Source: Mobula hypostoma | Taxonomy: Eukaryota | Direction: 5' to 3' | NCBI RefSeq assembly: GCF_963921235.1 | Contig: NC_086097.1 | Location: 27,964,001 to 28,028,000, forward strand | DNA length: 64,000 nucleotides | Shown here: positions 13,548-25,638 of the stretch, one piece after another | Numbering within the stretch: position 1 is the first letter of the stretch | Layout: each line of letters begins with the position of its first letter | The notes under the pieces: model-generated | Seen by the model: only the letters and a program-made list of their open reading frames with translations | Told to the model about the DNA's origin: nothing | Database searches by the model: none | Translations under genes and position numbers: made by a program

Positions 13548-15980
13548 GCAGGCCAGGAGAAAAAAAGATAAGGAGTAGACTTAAAAGCTGGGACAATGGG
13601 AGAGAAAAACACAAGGTGATCGGTGAAACTGGCAGGGAGATGGATGAAGTAAAAAGCTGGGAAGTTGATTGGTGAAAGAGATACAGGGCTGAAGAGAGAA
13701 TCTAATAGAAGAAGGCATGGAAAAATGAAGAGGTGGGAGGAGCACCAGAGGGAGGCAATGGGCAGGCAAGGAGATAAGGTGAGAGAGAGAAAAGGAGACG
13801 TAGAATTGGGGAATGGTGAAGTGGGTGGGGGGAACCAGAAGTTTGAGAAATCAATGTTCATGCCATCAGGTGGAAGGCTACCCAGACAGAATATAAGGTG
13901 TTGTTCCTCCAACCCGAGTGTGGCCTCATCACAGCAGCAGAGGAGGCCACAGATTTATATATTGGAATAGGAATGGGAAGTGGAATTAAAATGGGTGGTC
14001 ATTGGGAGAACTCGCTTCTTCTGGCAGAGCTTAGGTGCTCAGTGAAGCAGTCTCCCAATCTCCGTCCGGTCTAACCAGTACACAGGTGGTCTACTCAAGA
14101 TCCACAAACCCGCTTGTCCAGGTAAACCCATTGTTTCAGCTTATTCCTGTCCCACTGATCTCATCTGCATAACTCGCCTCTGTTTTATCTCTCCCAGTTC
14201 AGTCCCTTCCTATCTACATCCACGACACATCACACACTCTGGATATTTTCAATGATTTCAAGGTCCCTGGTCTCCAACATCTTATTTTCACTATGGATGT
14301 CCAGTCCTTATACACCTCCGTCCCCCACCAGGAAGGCTTTGAAGCTCTCCATTTTTGGTCACCAGACCCAACCAGTTCGCCTCCGCCACCACTCTCTGGT
14401 CCTCCAGCAGAACTTTCTCCTTTGGCTCCTTCCGCTTCCTTCAAACAAAAGGTGTATCCATAGGCACTTGTTTGGGTCCCAGCTATGCCTGCCTTTTTGT
14501 CGGCTGCATGGAACAGTTTATGTTCCAAGCCTACACTGGTGTCTGCCCCCCACTTTTCCTTTGCTACATCGACGACTGCATTGGTGCTGCTTCCTGCACA
14601 CAGGTGGATATCACAGATTTTAACTTCGTCTCCAAACTTCCACGTTGCTCTCAAATTTACCCAGTCCATTTCCGACACCACCCTCTCTTCTCAATTTCAT
14701 TATCTGTATCTCTGGAGACAGCTTATCTACTGATGTCTACTATAAACCCACTGACTCTCACAGCTACCTGGAGTATACCTCTTCCCACCGTTACTTGTAA
14801 TAACACCATCCCCCTTCTCCCAATACCTCCATCTTTGCCGCATCTGCTCTCACAATGAGGCTTTTCATTCCTGAATGAATGAGATGTCCTCGGGACTTCC
14901 CTTCCTCCATCAATGCTGCTCTCAACCACATTCTTTTCATCTCACACATGTCTGCTCTTACCCCATACTCCCGCCACCCTACCAGGGATAGGGTTCCTCA
15001 TCCTCACCTACCACCCCAACTGCCTCCGCATCCTGTGCACAATTCTCTGGAACTTCCACCATCACCAATGGGAGTCCACTACCAAGCACGTTGTTCCCTC
15101 CCTCCACCAGTTTCTGCTTTCCACAGGGATCGCTTCCTAAGCAATTCCCTTCTCCATTCGTCCCTCCCCACTGATCCCGCTCCTGGCACTTATCCTTGCA
15201 AGCGGTACAAGTGCTACACCTGCTCCTACACCTCCTTCCTTACAACCATTCAGGGCCCCAAACAGTCCTTCCAGGTGAGTGACACTTCACCTGTGAGTTT
15301 GTTGGTGTCATATACTGTTTCCAGCGCTCCTGGTATGGCCTCCTGTATATCGGTGAGACCCGACAGAGATTGGGAGACCGCTTCACCGAGCACCTACATT
15401 CTGTCCGCCAGAAGAAGTGGGATCTCCCAGTGGCCATCTATTTTAATTCCACTTGCCATTCTGATATGTCAAATCATGGGTTCCTCTAATGTCGCGATGA
15501 GGCCCACTCAGATTGGAGGAGCAACACCTTCTATTCCGGCCGGGTAGCCCCCAACCTGATGGTATGAATATTGATTTCGTCAACTTCCAATAATCCCCTC
15601 CCAACTTCCTTCACCACTCCCCATTCCCTTTTCCCTCTCACCTTATCTCTACCTGCCCATCACCTCCCTCTTTTCTTTCTTCATGGCCTCTGTCTTCTCC
15701 TATTAGACTGGCCCTTCTCCAGCCCTGTATTTCTTTCACCAATTGTCTTCCTAGCTCTTTACTTTATCCCTACCCCTTCCGGTTTCACCCATCACCTTGT
15801 GTTTCTCTTTCCAATCCCCCACCTTGTAGAACTACTCATCTTCTTTTCCTCCAATTCTGCAAAATGGTTTCAGCCTGAAATGTCAACTCTACTTTTTATC
15901 CATAGATGCTGTCTAGTCTGCTGAGTTCCTCCATCATTTTGTATGTGTTGTATGAATACCTAGCATCCATAGATTTTCTC
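13548..15980 (+). mobile_element. PLE (older copy) with inverted 5' pseudo-LTR/EN segment (13548-14100, minus) and RT-GIY-YIG body (plus)
   Basis: ORF 14355-14858 has GPSYACLFVG...YIDDCIG; CKRYKCYTC linker; minus ORF 13517-13912 has EEQHLIFCLGSLPPDGMNIDFSNF. Confidence 0.88.
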
Positions 15981-17200
15981 ATCTCTGTTTGAAATTCCTC
16001 CTCATCTCTGTTCTAAAGGGACGTCCTTCAATTCTGAGGTTATGCCTCAGGCCCAAAACTGCCCCACTAAAGGAAACATTCTCTCCTCTTGTAAACTCCA
16101 GAGAGTACTGGCCATAGGCCATCAAATGTTCCTGATACATTAACCCAGTCATTCCCAACATCTTGCTTGTGAACCTCCTCTGGACCCTCTCCAATGCCAG
16201 CAAATCCTTTTTAAGATAAGGGACCTAAAACGGCCCACAATACTTCATGTGCAGTCTGATCAATGCCTTCTAAAGCCTTAGTATTACATTCTTTTTATAC
16301 TTTAATCCTCTCAAAATGAATGTTAACATTGTATTTGCCTTCTCTACCACTGACTCAACCTTTAGGAAATCCTGCACAAGGACTCCCAAGTCCCTTTGCA
16401 CCTTTGATTTCTGTATTTTCTTTCCATTTTAAAAATAGTCTATGACTTTACTCCTTTTACCAAAGTGCATGACCATACATTTCCCTACACTATATTCTAT
16501 CTACCACTTCTTTGGCTATACTCCTGAACAGTCTAAGTCCTTCGGCAGACTTCCACACCATTACCTCCCTTCAACCTATCATCTGCAAACATGGCCACAA
16601 AGCAAGCAATTACATTGCCCACATCATTGACATATAACGTGAAAAGAAGCGGTTCCAACACCAGCCCCTGTGGAACACCACGAGTCACCAGCAGCCAATT
16701 AGCAAAGGCCCCATTTATTCCCAGTCTTTGCCTCCTGCCAATCAGTGAATCTTCCACTTCTGTTAGAATCTTTCTTGCAATACTATATCTCGTTTAGCAG
16801 ACTCAGATGCAGCACCATGTCAAAGGCCTTGAAAATTCAAGTAACCAACATCCACTAACCCTCTTGTCTATCCAGCCTGTCATTTCCTCAAATAATTCCA
16901 ACAAGTTTGTCAGGTAAGATTTCCCCTTAAGGAAACCATGCTGATTTTGGCCTACTTTATTGTGCCAAGTACCTTGAAACCTCATCCTTAATAATGAACT
17001 CCACCATCTTGCCAACACTCAAGTCAGGCTAACGGGCCTACAATATAATTTCTTTTGCCACCCTACTTTCTTAAAGAGTGGAGTGACATTTGCAATTTTC
17101 CAGTCCTCAGGAACCATTCCAGAATCCAGTGATTCCTGAGAGATCACTGCTAATGAATCTTCAATCTCTTCAGCTACCTCTTTCAGAACTGAGGTGTAGT
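15981..17200 (-). mobile_element. CR1 LINE fragment
   Basis: LERVQRRFT, GVPQG, FADD and VPEDWKIANVTPLFKK in ORFs 15979-17261. Confidence 0.85.
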
Positions 17201-17239
17201 CCATTTTAGAACATGGATCAGTAACTTGAAGCTGCAAAG

Positions 17240-18365
17240 TTGTAGCCATTACATTAGCCACTCGGTTGTCACAACAGTAGGAATGGCTGTCGAATGTTCC
17301 AGGGTTTTAGATGTTTCAAAAAGGACAGGAAGGGAATTAAAAGAGGTGGGGAGTGCTAATCAGGATAGTATTACAGCTACAGAAAGTAAGGCCATCATGG
17401 AAGGATCCTCTACTGATTCAGTCTGTGGAAGTCAGAAACAGGAAGGGAGAAATTACTCTAGTGAAGGGGCTCCTAATTTTTTTTAATACCATGGACCCCT
17501 ATGATTAACAGAGGTGTCCATGGACCCCAGGTTGGGAATCCCTGCTCTTGGGAATTTTCTAAATAACCCCCAAAAGCAACAAAGCCACTGAGGAACAGAC
17601 TGGGAGGCAGATTTTGTAAATATGCAAAAATAACAGGATTGTTTTCTTCTTCAGGGTGATTCTACTTCCCCAATATTTATTGATACTTTCTTAATACAAG
17701 AAGTTGAGATGGGGCAGAATTTCTCAGCTGTGTCCAGGAAGGATTTCTGACACTATCTGGACAAGCTGACTATAGAAGAGGTCATACGGCATCTAGTATT
17801 AAGCAATAAACCTGGTCAGATCTCTTGGTGGACAAACATTTCAGAGACAGTGACCACAACTCCCTGAACTTGACCACAGCCTTGGACAAGGATAAGAGCA
17901 GCAGTATAGGAAAGTTTTTAATTGGGAAAGGACTAATTATGATGCCATTAGTAGGAATTGGAAGTGTAAACAGCGAACAGATGTACTCAGGGAAATTATC
18001 AACAGAAATGTAGATGTTGTTTAGGAAGTTCTTACAGGGAATTCGGAATAGGTTTGTCTCATTAAGGCAGGGAACATGCTATAGAGTTAAGAGGCCCTCA
18101 TTATAGTTGACAAGAGAAGTGAAACATTTAGTTAAGTGAAAGATGAAAGCATACTTACGCCTGTAAGTCCATGACGAGTGATGTTTGCAGGGATCTCTGC
18201 TCTTTGTGATTTTTATAAATGTCTCATATTCAGAAAGACTGGTTTAGTAAGTTTGCAGATGAGACAGGGGTTTGTGGTGTGGTGGACAGCGGAAGGTTGT
18301 TGTATATTGACATTGGGGCATTGACAGGATGCAGATTTGGGGTGAGAAGTGGCAGATGAAATTTG
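17240..18365 (+). mobile_element. Degraded CR1 (endonuclease to RT fragments)
   Basis: SDHNSL motif (17825-18013); gtaagtttgcagatgag; gtggcagatgaaattt. Confidence 0.7.
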
Positions 18366-19020
18366 AGTCATAGAACACTACAGCACAGAAACTGGCCCTT
18401 TGGCCCAATTAGTCCATACTAAGCCATTAAACTGTCTAGTCTCATCAAACTGCACTCAGACCACAGCCCTCCCATCTGTGTACCTATCCAAATTTATTTT
18501 AACTTTTGAAATAGAACCACCATCTACCACTTAAGCTGGCAGCTTGCTCCACATTCTCACAACCCTCTGAGTGAAGTTCACCCCCATGCTCCCCTTAAAC
18601 ATTTCACCTTTCACCATTAAGCCATGACCTCTGGTTGAGGTTTCACCCAACCTCAGCAGAAAAAGCCTACTTGCATTTACCCTATCTATACCTTTCATAA
18701 TTTTGAGTACCTCTATCAAATCTCATTAATATTCTTTTTAAGGAATAAAGTTCTAACTTTTTCAACCTTTCCTTATATCTCAAATCCTCAAGTCCCAGCA
18801 ACTTAATTGAATTTTTTTTCTGCATCCTTTCCTTCTTATTTGCATCTTTCCTGTGGGTAGATGACCAAAACTAGACACAGTACTCCAAAATGAGTATTTA
18901 TTACTTAATTTTAAATGCCAAGCTACTGAACTTACTTGACCAACCTCCCATGCGTGACTTTGTCAAAGTCCATGTGGACAGTATGCATTGCCTCACCTTT
19001 AACTTTCTTGGTAACTTCCA
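18366..19020 (-). mobile_element. CR1 3' fragment
   Basis: ORF 18531-18719 IEVLKIMKGIDRVNASRLF...FTQRVV; tail catagaacactacagc. Confidence 0.85.
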
Positions 19021-19245
19021 AGGTGAGACCAGGTGAGGAGGATCCTCACAGGGTCTCACCTATACCCCTCACCTGGATTGAAATATTAAATCAGTTTGAT
19101 TCAAGGGGAATACACTTTATTTTCAAAGTAAAATTAAAAGAATATTGCAAACAACAGGAATTCTGCAGATGCTGGAAATTCAAGCAACACACATCAAAGT
19201 TGCTGGTGAACGCAGCAGGCCAGGCAGCGTCTGTAGGAAGAGATG

Positions 19246-19283
19246 CAGTCGACGTTTCAGGCCGAGACCCTTCGTCAGGACTA
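19246..19283 (-). ncRNA. Minimal hammerhead ribozyme motif, sense to the RPS6KA5 pre-mRNA
   Basis: Exact reverse complement of 20557-20594. Confidence 0.75.
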
Positions 19284-20556
19284 ACTGAAGGAAGAGTGAG
19301 TAAGGCATTTGAAAGTTGGAGGGGGAGGGGGAGATCCAAAATGATAGGAGAAGACAGGAGGGGGAGGGATGGAACTAAGAGCTGGACAGGTGATTGGCAA
19401 AAGGGGATACGAGAGGATCATGGGACAGGAGGTCCAGGAAGAAAGACGGGGGGGTGGGGCCAGAAAAAGGAGAGTGAGAGAAAGAATGTGTGCATAAAAA
19501 TAGGTACAGATGGGGTACGAGGGGGAGGTGGGGCCTAGCGGAAGTTAGAGAATCCAACCTGATGGCATGAACATAACTCTGCTCTCAAACGCATCTCGCC
19601 CATTTCACGTACATCTGCTCTCACTCCATCCTCCCGCCACCCCACTAGGAATAGGGTTCCCCTGGTCCTCACCTACCACCCCACCAGCCTCCGGGTCCAA
19701 CATATTATTCTCCGTAACTTCCGCCACCTCCAACGGGATCCCACCACTAAGCACATCTTTCCCTCCCCCCCCTCTGCATTCCACAGGGATCGCTCCCTAC
19801 ACAACTCCCTTGTCCATTCGTCCCCCCATCCCTCCCCACTGATCTCCCTCCTGGCACTTATCCGTGTAAGCGGAACAAGTGCTACACATGCCCTTATACT
19901 TCCTCCCTTACCACCATTCAGGGCCCCAAACAGTCCTTCCAGGTGAGGCAGCACTTCACCTGTGAGTCGACTGGGGTGATATACTGCGTCCAGTGCTCCC
20001 GATGTGGCCTTTTATATATTGGCGAGACCCGACGCAGACTGGGAGACCGCTTTGCTGAACATCTACGCTCTGTCCGCCAGAGAAAGCAGGATCTCCCAGT
20101 GGCCACACATTTTAATTCCACATCCCATTCCCATTCTGACATGTCTATCCACGGCCTCCTCTACTGTAAAGATGAAGCCACACTCAGGTTGGAGGAACAA
20201 CACCTTATATTCCGTCTGGGTAGCCTCCAACCTGATGGCATGAACATCGACTTCTCTAACTTCCGCTACGCCCCACCTCCCCCTCATACCCCATCTGTTA
20301 CTTATTTTTATGCACACATTCTTTCTCTCACTCTCCTTTTTCTCCCTCTGTCCCTCTGAATATACCTCTTGCCCATCCTCTGGGTCCCCCCGCCCCCTTG
20401 TCTTTCTTCCCCGACCTCCTGTCCTATGATCCTCTCGTATCCCCTTTTGCCAATCACCTGTCCAGCTCCATCCCTCCCCCTCCTGTCTTCTCCTATCATT
20501 TTGGATCTCCCCCTCCCCCTCCAACTTTCAAATCCCTTACTCACTCTTCCTTCAGT

Positions 20557-20594
20557 TAGTCCTGACGAAGGGTCTCGGCCTGAAACGTCGACTG
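20557..20594 (+). ncRNA. Minimal type I hammerhead ribozyme motif in the PLE pseudo-LTR
   Basis: tagtc-CTGACGA-agg(gtctcgg)cct-GAAA-cg-TC-gactg: stem I tagtc/gactg, intact core, 3-bp stem II, palindromic ACGT in place of stem III, GUC triplet at 20587-20589. Confidence 0.75.
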
Positions 20595-21279
20595 CACCTC
20601 TTCCTACAGATGCTGCCTGGCCTGCTGCGTTCACCAGCAACTTTGATGTGTGTTGCTTAAAAGAATATTGTTTTACTTGCCCATTGGAATGCACAACAAA
20701 GGTTTAAAATAAGGGATTGAGAAGCAATTCAGGGCACGAGTCGTGTTCAAATGTAAAAGTAAATAGCTGCCTTCACTACAATGTAGTTCACATTAAATAT
20801 TTTGAAATGTTATTCCCATGCGATTTCTCCCATTTTATTATTCTATTTCATGGATTTATCCCTTAAATAGGCATATACTACTGTGTAAAATCCAGGGGCC
20901 TTCTTATAGAAAAAAGTAAGCTGTTACCCGACACAGTGGTAGAGATTACTGACTGAGATTACTCCTAAATGACCAGAATCCTGCAATTCAAGGGCAACAA
21001 ACAGTTTATCCCTTTTGGTTGGTAGAAGTGAGTTGTTTTATGGTGGGAAACTACTAAAATGCTAGTGCTCAGGCATTATTACAAGGAACACAAAGTTAGC
21101 CTGCAGGTATACAAGAAACATTTGAGAAGGCAAATGGAATGTTGACTCAATTCCAAAGGGAATGGGAGAAAGATCTGGGAAGTCCTGCTCCAAATCTGTA
21201 GGGAGACCATATCTGTAGAATTGTCCTATTTATAAAAGGAAAAATAAATGCTTTGGAGGTGTTGCAGTAAATATTCATT

Positions 21280-21605
21280 AGATTAGTTAAATGTGTCAAC
21301 TGTACATGAAGACATACTTTGAAATGCATCACTTGTGTCAACGACCACAGTCCAAGGATTGTGTTGGTGGCAGCATGCAAGTGTTGCCACATTTTTGGCA
21401 TCAACATATAGTATGCACACAACTCGCTAACCCTAACTGTATGTCATTGGAATGTGGAAGGAAATTAGAGCACTCGGAGGAAACCTACACAGACACAGGG
21501 AGAACATACAAACTCCCTACAGGAATTGAACCTTGATTGGTGATCGCAGGTGCTGTAAAGCATTGCGCTAGCCACTATACCGCTAGCCGCTATACCGCCG
21601 TGCCT
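21280..21605 (-). mobile_element. tRNA-derived V-SINE/HE1-like SINE
   Basis: ggaaggaaattagagcactcggaggaaacc is the reverse complement of the V-SINE-type GGTTTCCTCCGGGTGCTCCGGTTTCC domain; tRNA-like head near 21520-21600. Confidence 0.7.
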
Positions 21606-22139
21606 TTCTCAATCCCATTAGATTGATTCCTAGGATAAAGGTGTGTCCTGTGAATAGTGATTGAGGTGAAAAGGTTCTGTATTCTTTAGAGTTTAGAATA
21701 AGTAGTGATCTCAACTGAAACATTAGATTCTGAGTGACTTGACAGGACATATAACGAGAAGGGGAAATCTAGAACAAGGAGTCATGCTTAGGAAAGGAAC
21801 CAGCTATTTAAGTTTGAGGACAGAAAAAGGAATTTCTTTGTTGAGGTTTGAGAAGTTTTTGGCAGGGCTGTGGTGGCTGAGTCAGTGTGCAGAATTAGAT
21901 ATGGGGACTTTACAGTTAAGAAATCAGAGACTTAACCCCAGATTCTTCCGAATGGTAAAACAAGCTCAATGGGCCATATGGTCAATTTTAATTTCTTGTG
22001 ATTTTGTGTGTTAGGTAACAAAAATATTTTCTAATGAGGATGTTACTAGGACTAGAGGACATGAGAAGGATTGAGTAGTTGGCCAGGCTAGGTCTTTAGT
22101 CCTTGGAATACAGGAGTATGAGAGGCAATCTTATATCTT

Positions 22140-22560
22140 ATAGTAGAAGGAGGCGGAACCATGAGGGAGGTGATAGGCAGCTGGGGGAGGGGGCAGAGTG
22201 AAACTGGGATGGGGGAAGGGAATTACTGGAAGTTTGAAACTGGGATGGGGGAAGGGAGGGGGAGGGAATTACCGGAAGTTTGAAACTTGGTTCCACCTCC
22301 TTCTACTACCCACTGTGCTTTCCCCTATTCCTTCTTCACCTTTCCTGCCTATTCCCTCCCCCACCCCTTTATCTTTCCCCTTACTGGTTTTTCACCTGGC
22401 ATCTACCAGCCTTCTCCTTCCCACCCTCACCCCACCTTCTTTATAGGGCTCCTGCTTCCTTCCTCTTCACTCCTGACGAAGGGTTCCAGCCCAAAACATT
22501 GACTGTTCTTTTCCACGGATGCTGCCCAACCTGCTGAGTTCCTCCAGCGTGTTGTGAGTG
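22140..22560. mobile_element. PLE pseudo-LTR pair (inverted), diverged subfamily
   Basis: tagtagaaggaggcggaacca (22141) is inverted relative to tggttccacctccttctacta (22288); cctgacgaagggttccagcccaaaacattgactg. Confidence 0.7.
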
Positions 22561-22579
22561 AATCTTCTACAAGTGTCAC

Positions 22580-22870
22580 TGATAATGTGCATGGTAACAA
22601 TCTATTTCACAGGGTAGGGGAGTGTGAAGCTAGGAAGCGCAAGATTAGGGTGAGAAGAGAATGATTTATAAGGGGATCTGAAGGACAACCTTTTCATGCA
22701 GAGTACATGAAACAGGCAGCCAGGAGAAGTGGTTGAGGCAGGTACAACATCATTTAAGAAGCACTTGTATAGGTACATGGATGAGTGAGGCAAACACAGG
22801 ACTAAAAGTGTGAACATCATGAATAGGCTGAAAGGTCTATATCTGTGCTTTATTGTTCTATGATTCTATA
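22580..22870 (+). mobile_element. CR1 3' fragment
   Basis: agaagtggttgaggcaggtacaac...tgttctatgattctat tail. Confidence 0.7.
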
Positions 22871-23214
22871 ATAACCTCATCGTATCTTGCACAGATAAAA
22901 GACTCAAATCATTGTGCAGGTGACATTCAAGTTTCAGAGTCATACAGTGTGGGAGCAACCCATTCAGCCCATCACATCCACACCAATCAGTGGGCACCCA
23001 TATTCCAGCACATGGCTCTTATTTTTCCATGCCTAGATAGCTTAAGTGGTTGTCCACATATTTCTTAAAATGCATTTGGCAATTCTGCCTTCAACAAGTT
23101 CTCAATCATTGACAGTGAAATTATCAAGCTCCCCAATCTACAAAGTAAACATTGTGTGTCCTCTTTACCAGGTTAAACCCAATGCAATCCTTACCCAGAA
23201 GTGGTGTGCCTTAC

Positions 23215-23330
23215 CTTGTGTAGATGTTCCAGTGCCAGCACTATCTCCCCACTGTATATTCTCACTGCATTCTCTGTGAAACGTTCTCTTTGTGACAAGT
23301 GAGTGAATAATTCCCCTCCATTCACATAGT
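23215..23330 (-). CDS. RPS6KA5: MSK1 internal coding exon of 116 bp (probably exon 4)
   Basis: Not in the ORF track. Reads (D)YVNGGELFTHLSQRERFTENAVRIYSGEIVLALEHLHK. Acceptor tgacag|AC, donor CACAAG|gtaag; phase 1/0, joins in frame with the 219-bp exon. Confidence 0.96.
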
Positions 23331-23606
23331 CTGTCATATAAAACGAAATGTTATTCACAAAATAAAGAAACTGACTGAATAAAATGGAGAAAATACATAG
23401 CAGGAGATAATGTTAAACAGAAACAGATGTTTAGCAGCATAATGCGAATAAGAATTTACTTTCAGACAATTTACTAACTTACTAATAAGAAAAAACTGCA
23501 TTGACTTTTTGCCACGCTTGTTAATAAATATAGAGTTTTTTTCCAGGATGTTACCCAAAAAAAAAGCTGATGACGGCAAAGCAGTCAATGTTGTCTACAT
23601 GGATTT

Positions 23607-25638
23607 TATCATCATAATTATGTACTGTGTCGTATGACCATGGGCAATCATTGTCTTTCCACCACCATGATTGTTTTTGGCAAATTTTTCTAAAGAAGTG
23701 GTTTTCCATTGCCGTCTTCTGGGCACTGTTTTTACAAGATGGGTGACCCCACCTATTATCAATACTCTTCAGAGAATGTCTGCCCAGCATCAGTGGTCGC
23801 ATAATCCGTATTTGTGATATGCACCAACTACTCATATGACCGTAAACATGAGGAAATCTGCAGATGCTGGAATTTCAAGCAACACACATAAAAGTTGCTG
23901 GTGAAACGCAGCAGGCGAGGCAGCATCTCCAGGAAGGGGTACAGTCAACGGTTCGGGCCGAGACCCTTCATCAGGACTAACTGAAAGAAGAGCAAGTAAG
24001 AGATTTACAGAGGATGGGCAAGGGATATAGTGAGAGGGACAGAGGGAGAAAAAGGAGAGCAAGAGAAAAAGAATGCGTGTGTAAATAAATAAATAAATAA
24101 ATAACAGATGGGGTGCCGGGGGGAGGGGGGTGGTGGGGCATTAGCAGAAGTTTGAGAAGTCAATGTTCGTGCCATCAGGTTGGAGGCTACCCAAACAGAA
24201 CATAAGGTGTTGTTCCTCCAACCTGAGTGTGGCTTCATCTTGACAGTAGAGGAGGCCGTGGATAGACATATCAGAATGGGAATGGGATGTGGAATTAAAA
24301 TGTGTGGCCACTGGGAGATCCTGCTTTCTCTGGCGGACACAGCGTAGGTGTTCAGCAAAACGATCTCCCAGTCTGCATCGGGTCTCATCAATATATAGAA
24401 GGCCGCATCAGGAGCACCGGATGCAGTATATCACCCCAGCTGACTCACAGGTGAAGTGTCGCCTCACCTGGAAGGACTGTCTGGGGCCCTGAATGGTAGT
24501 GAGGGAGGAAGTGTAAGGGCACGTGTAGCACTTGTTCCACTTACAAGGGTAAGTGCCAGGAGGGAGATCAGTGGGGAGGGATGGGGGGGACGAATGGACA
24601 AGGGAGTCGCGTAGGGAGCGATTCCTGCGGAAAGTGGGGGGGGGAGATGTGCTTAGTGGTGGGATCCCGTTGGAGGTAGCGGAAGTTACAGACAGTTATA
24701 TATTGGACCCGGAGGCTGGTGGGGTGGTAGGTGAGGACAAGGAGAACCCTATTCCTAGTGGGGTGGCGGGAGCATGGAGTGAGAGCAGACGTGCGTGAAA
24801 TGGGGGAGATGCGTTTGAGAGCAGAGTTGATGGTGGAGGAAGGGAAGCCCCTTTCTTTAAAAAAAAAGGACATCTCCGTCGTCCTGGAATGAAAAGCCTC
24901 ATCCTGAGAGCAGATGCAGTTGAGATGGAGGAATTGCGAGAAGGGGATGGCATTTTTGCAAGAGACAGGGTGAGAAGAGGAATAGTCCAGATAGCTGTGG
25001 AGTCAGTAAGCTTATAGTAGACATCAGTAGATAAGCTGTCTCCAGAGATAGAGACAGAAAGATCTAGAAATGGGAGGGAGGTGTCGGAAATGGACCAGGT
25101 AAACTTGAGGGCAGGGTGAAAGTTGGAGGCAAAGTTAATGAAGTCAACGAGCTCAGCATGCGTGCAGGAAGCAGCACCAATGCAGTCGTCGATGTAGTGA
25201 AGGAAAAGTGGGGGACAAATACCAGAATAGGCTTGGAACATAGATTGTTCCACAAAGCCAACAAAAAGGCAGGCATAGCTGGAACCCATACGGGTGCCCA
25301 TGGCTACACCTTGAGTTTGGTGGAAGTGGGAGGAGCCAAAGGAGAAATTATTAAGACTAATTCCGCTAGACAGAGCAGAGTGGTGGTAGAGGGGAACTGG
25401 TTAGGTCTGGAATCCAAAAAGAAGCGGAGAGCTTTGAGACCTTCCTGATGGGGGATGGAAGTATATAGGGGAAGTATATACTCATATGACCATCCACCAC
25501 CTGTTCCCATGGCTTCAAAAGATCCTGATCAGGGAACTAAGCAAGTGCTACACCTTGTCCAAGGGTGGCAGGCTAGTGGAGGGAAGGAGCATGCCTAACA
25601 TCTCTTTTGGTAAAGACGCAACTCCACCCTGCCACCCA
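23607..25638 (-). mobile_element. Short non-coding retroposon (possibly an RTE-related SINE), split by a PLE insertion
   Basis: Halves at 23607-23841 and 25479-25638 join through the PLE TSD; ATGATGAT-type tail; interrupts the CR1 YMDF motif. Confidence 0.5.
23842..25478 (-). mobile_element. 5'-truncated Penelope-like element (RT, linker, GIY-YIG, pseudo-LTR)
   Basis: TSD tactcatatgacc at 23829-23841 and 25479-25491; ORF 24696-25301 MGTRMGSSYACLFVG...YIDDCIG...LPFLDL; near-identical to 19575-20656. Confidence 0.93.

Larger units (their letters stand above)
19148..20656 (+). mobile_element. Young Penelope-like element (Neptune-type) with inverted pseudo-LTRs and an intact GIY-YIG endonuclease segment
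   Basis: TSD ttaaaagaatattg at 19134-19147 and 20657-20670. ORF 19943-20359 reads VIYCVQCSRCGLLYIGETRRRLGDRFAEH...HF...EQHLIFRLGSLQPDGMN. Upstream Cys linker CKRNKCYTC. 19148-19552 is an inverted copy of about 20250-20656. Confidence 0.93.

Noticed and set aside
18936..20707. Overlapping ORFs with repeated peptides (e.g. VSPDEGSRPETST, AAGQAASVGR)
   Set aside because: Chance translations of the non-coding PLE pseudo-LTR on both strands; only the GIY-YIG frame is meaningful
24081..24103. (TAAA)n and similar microsatellites (also ~32530 and ~45128)
   Set aside because: Short, TE-associated simple repeats of no evident significance
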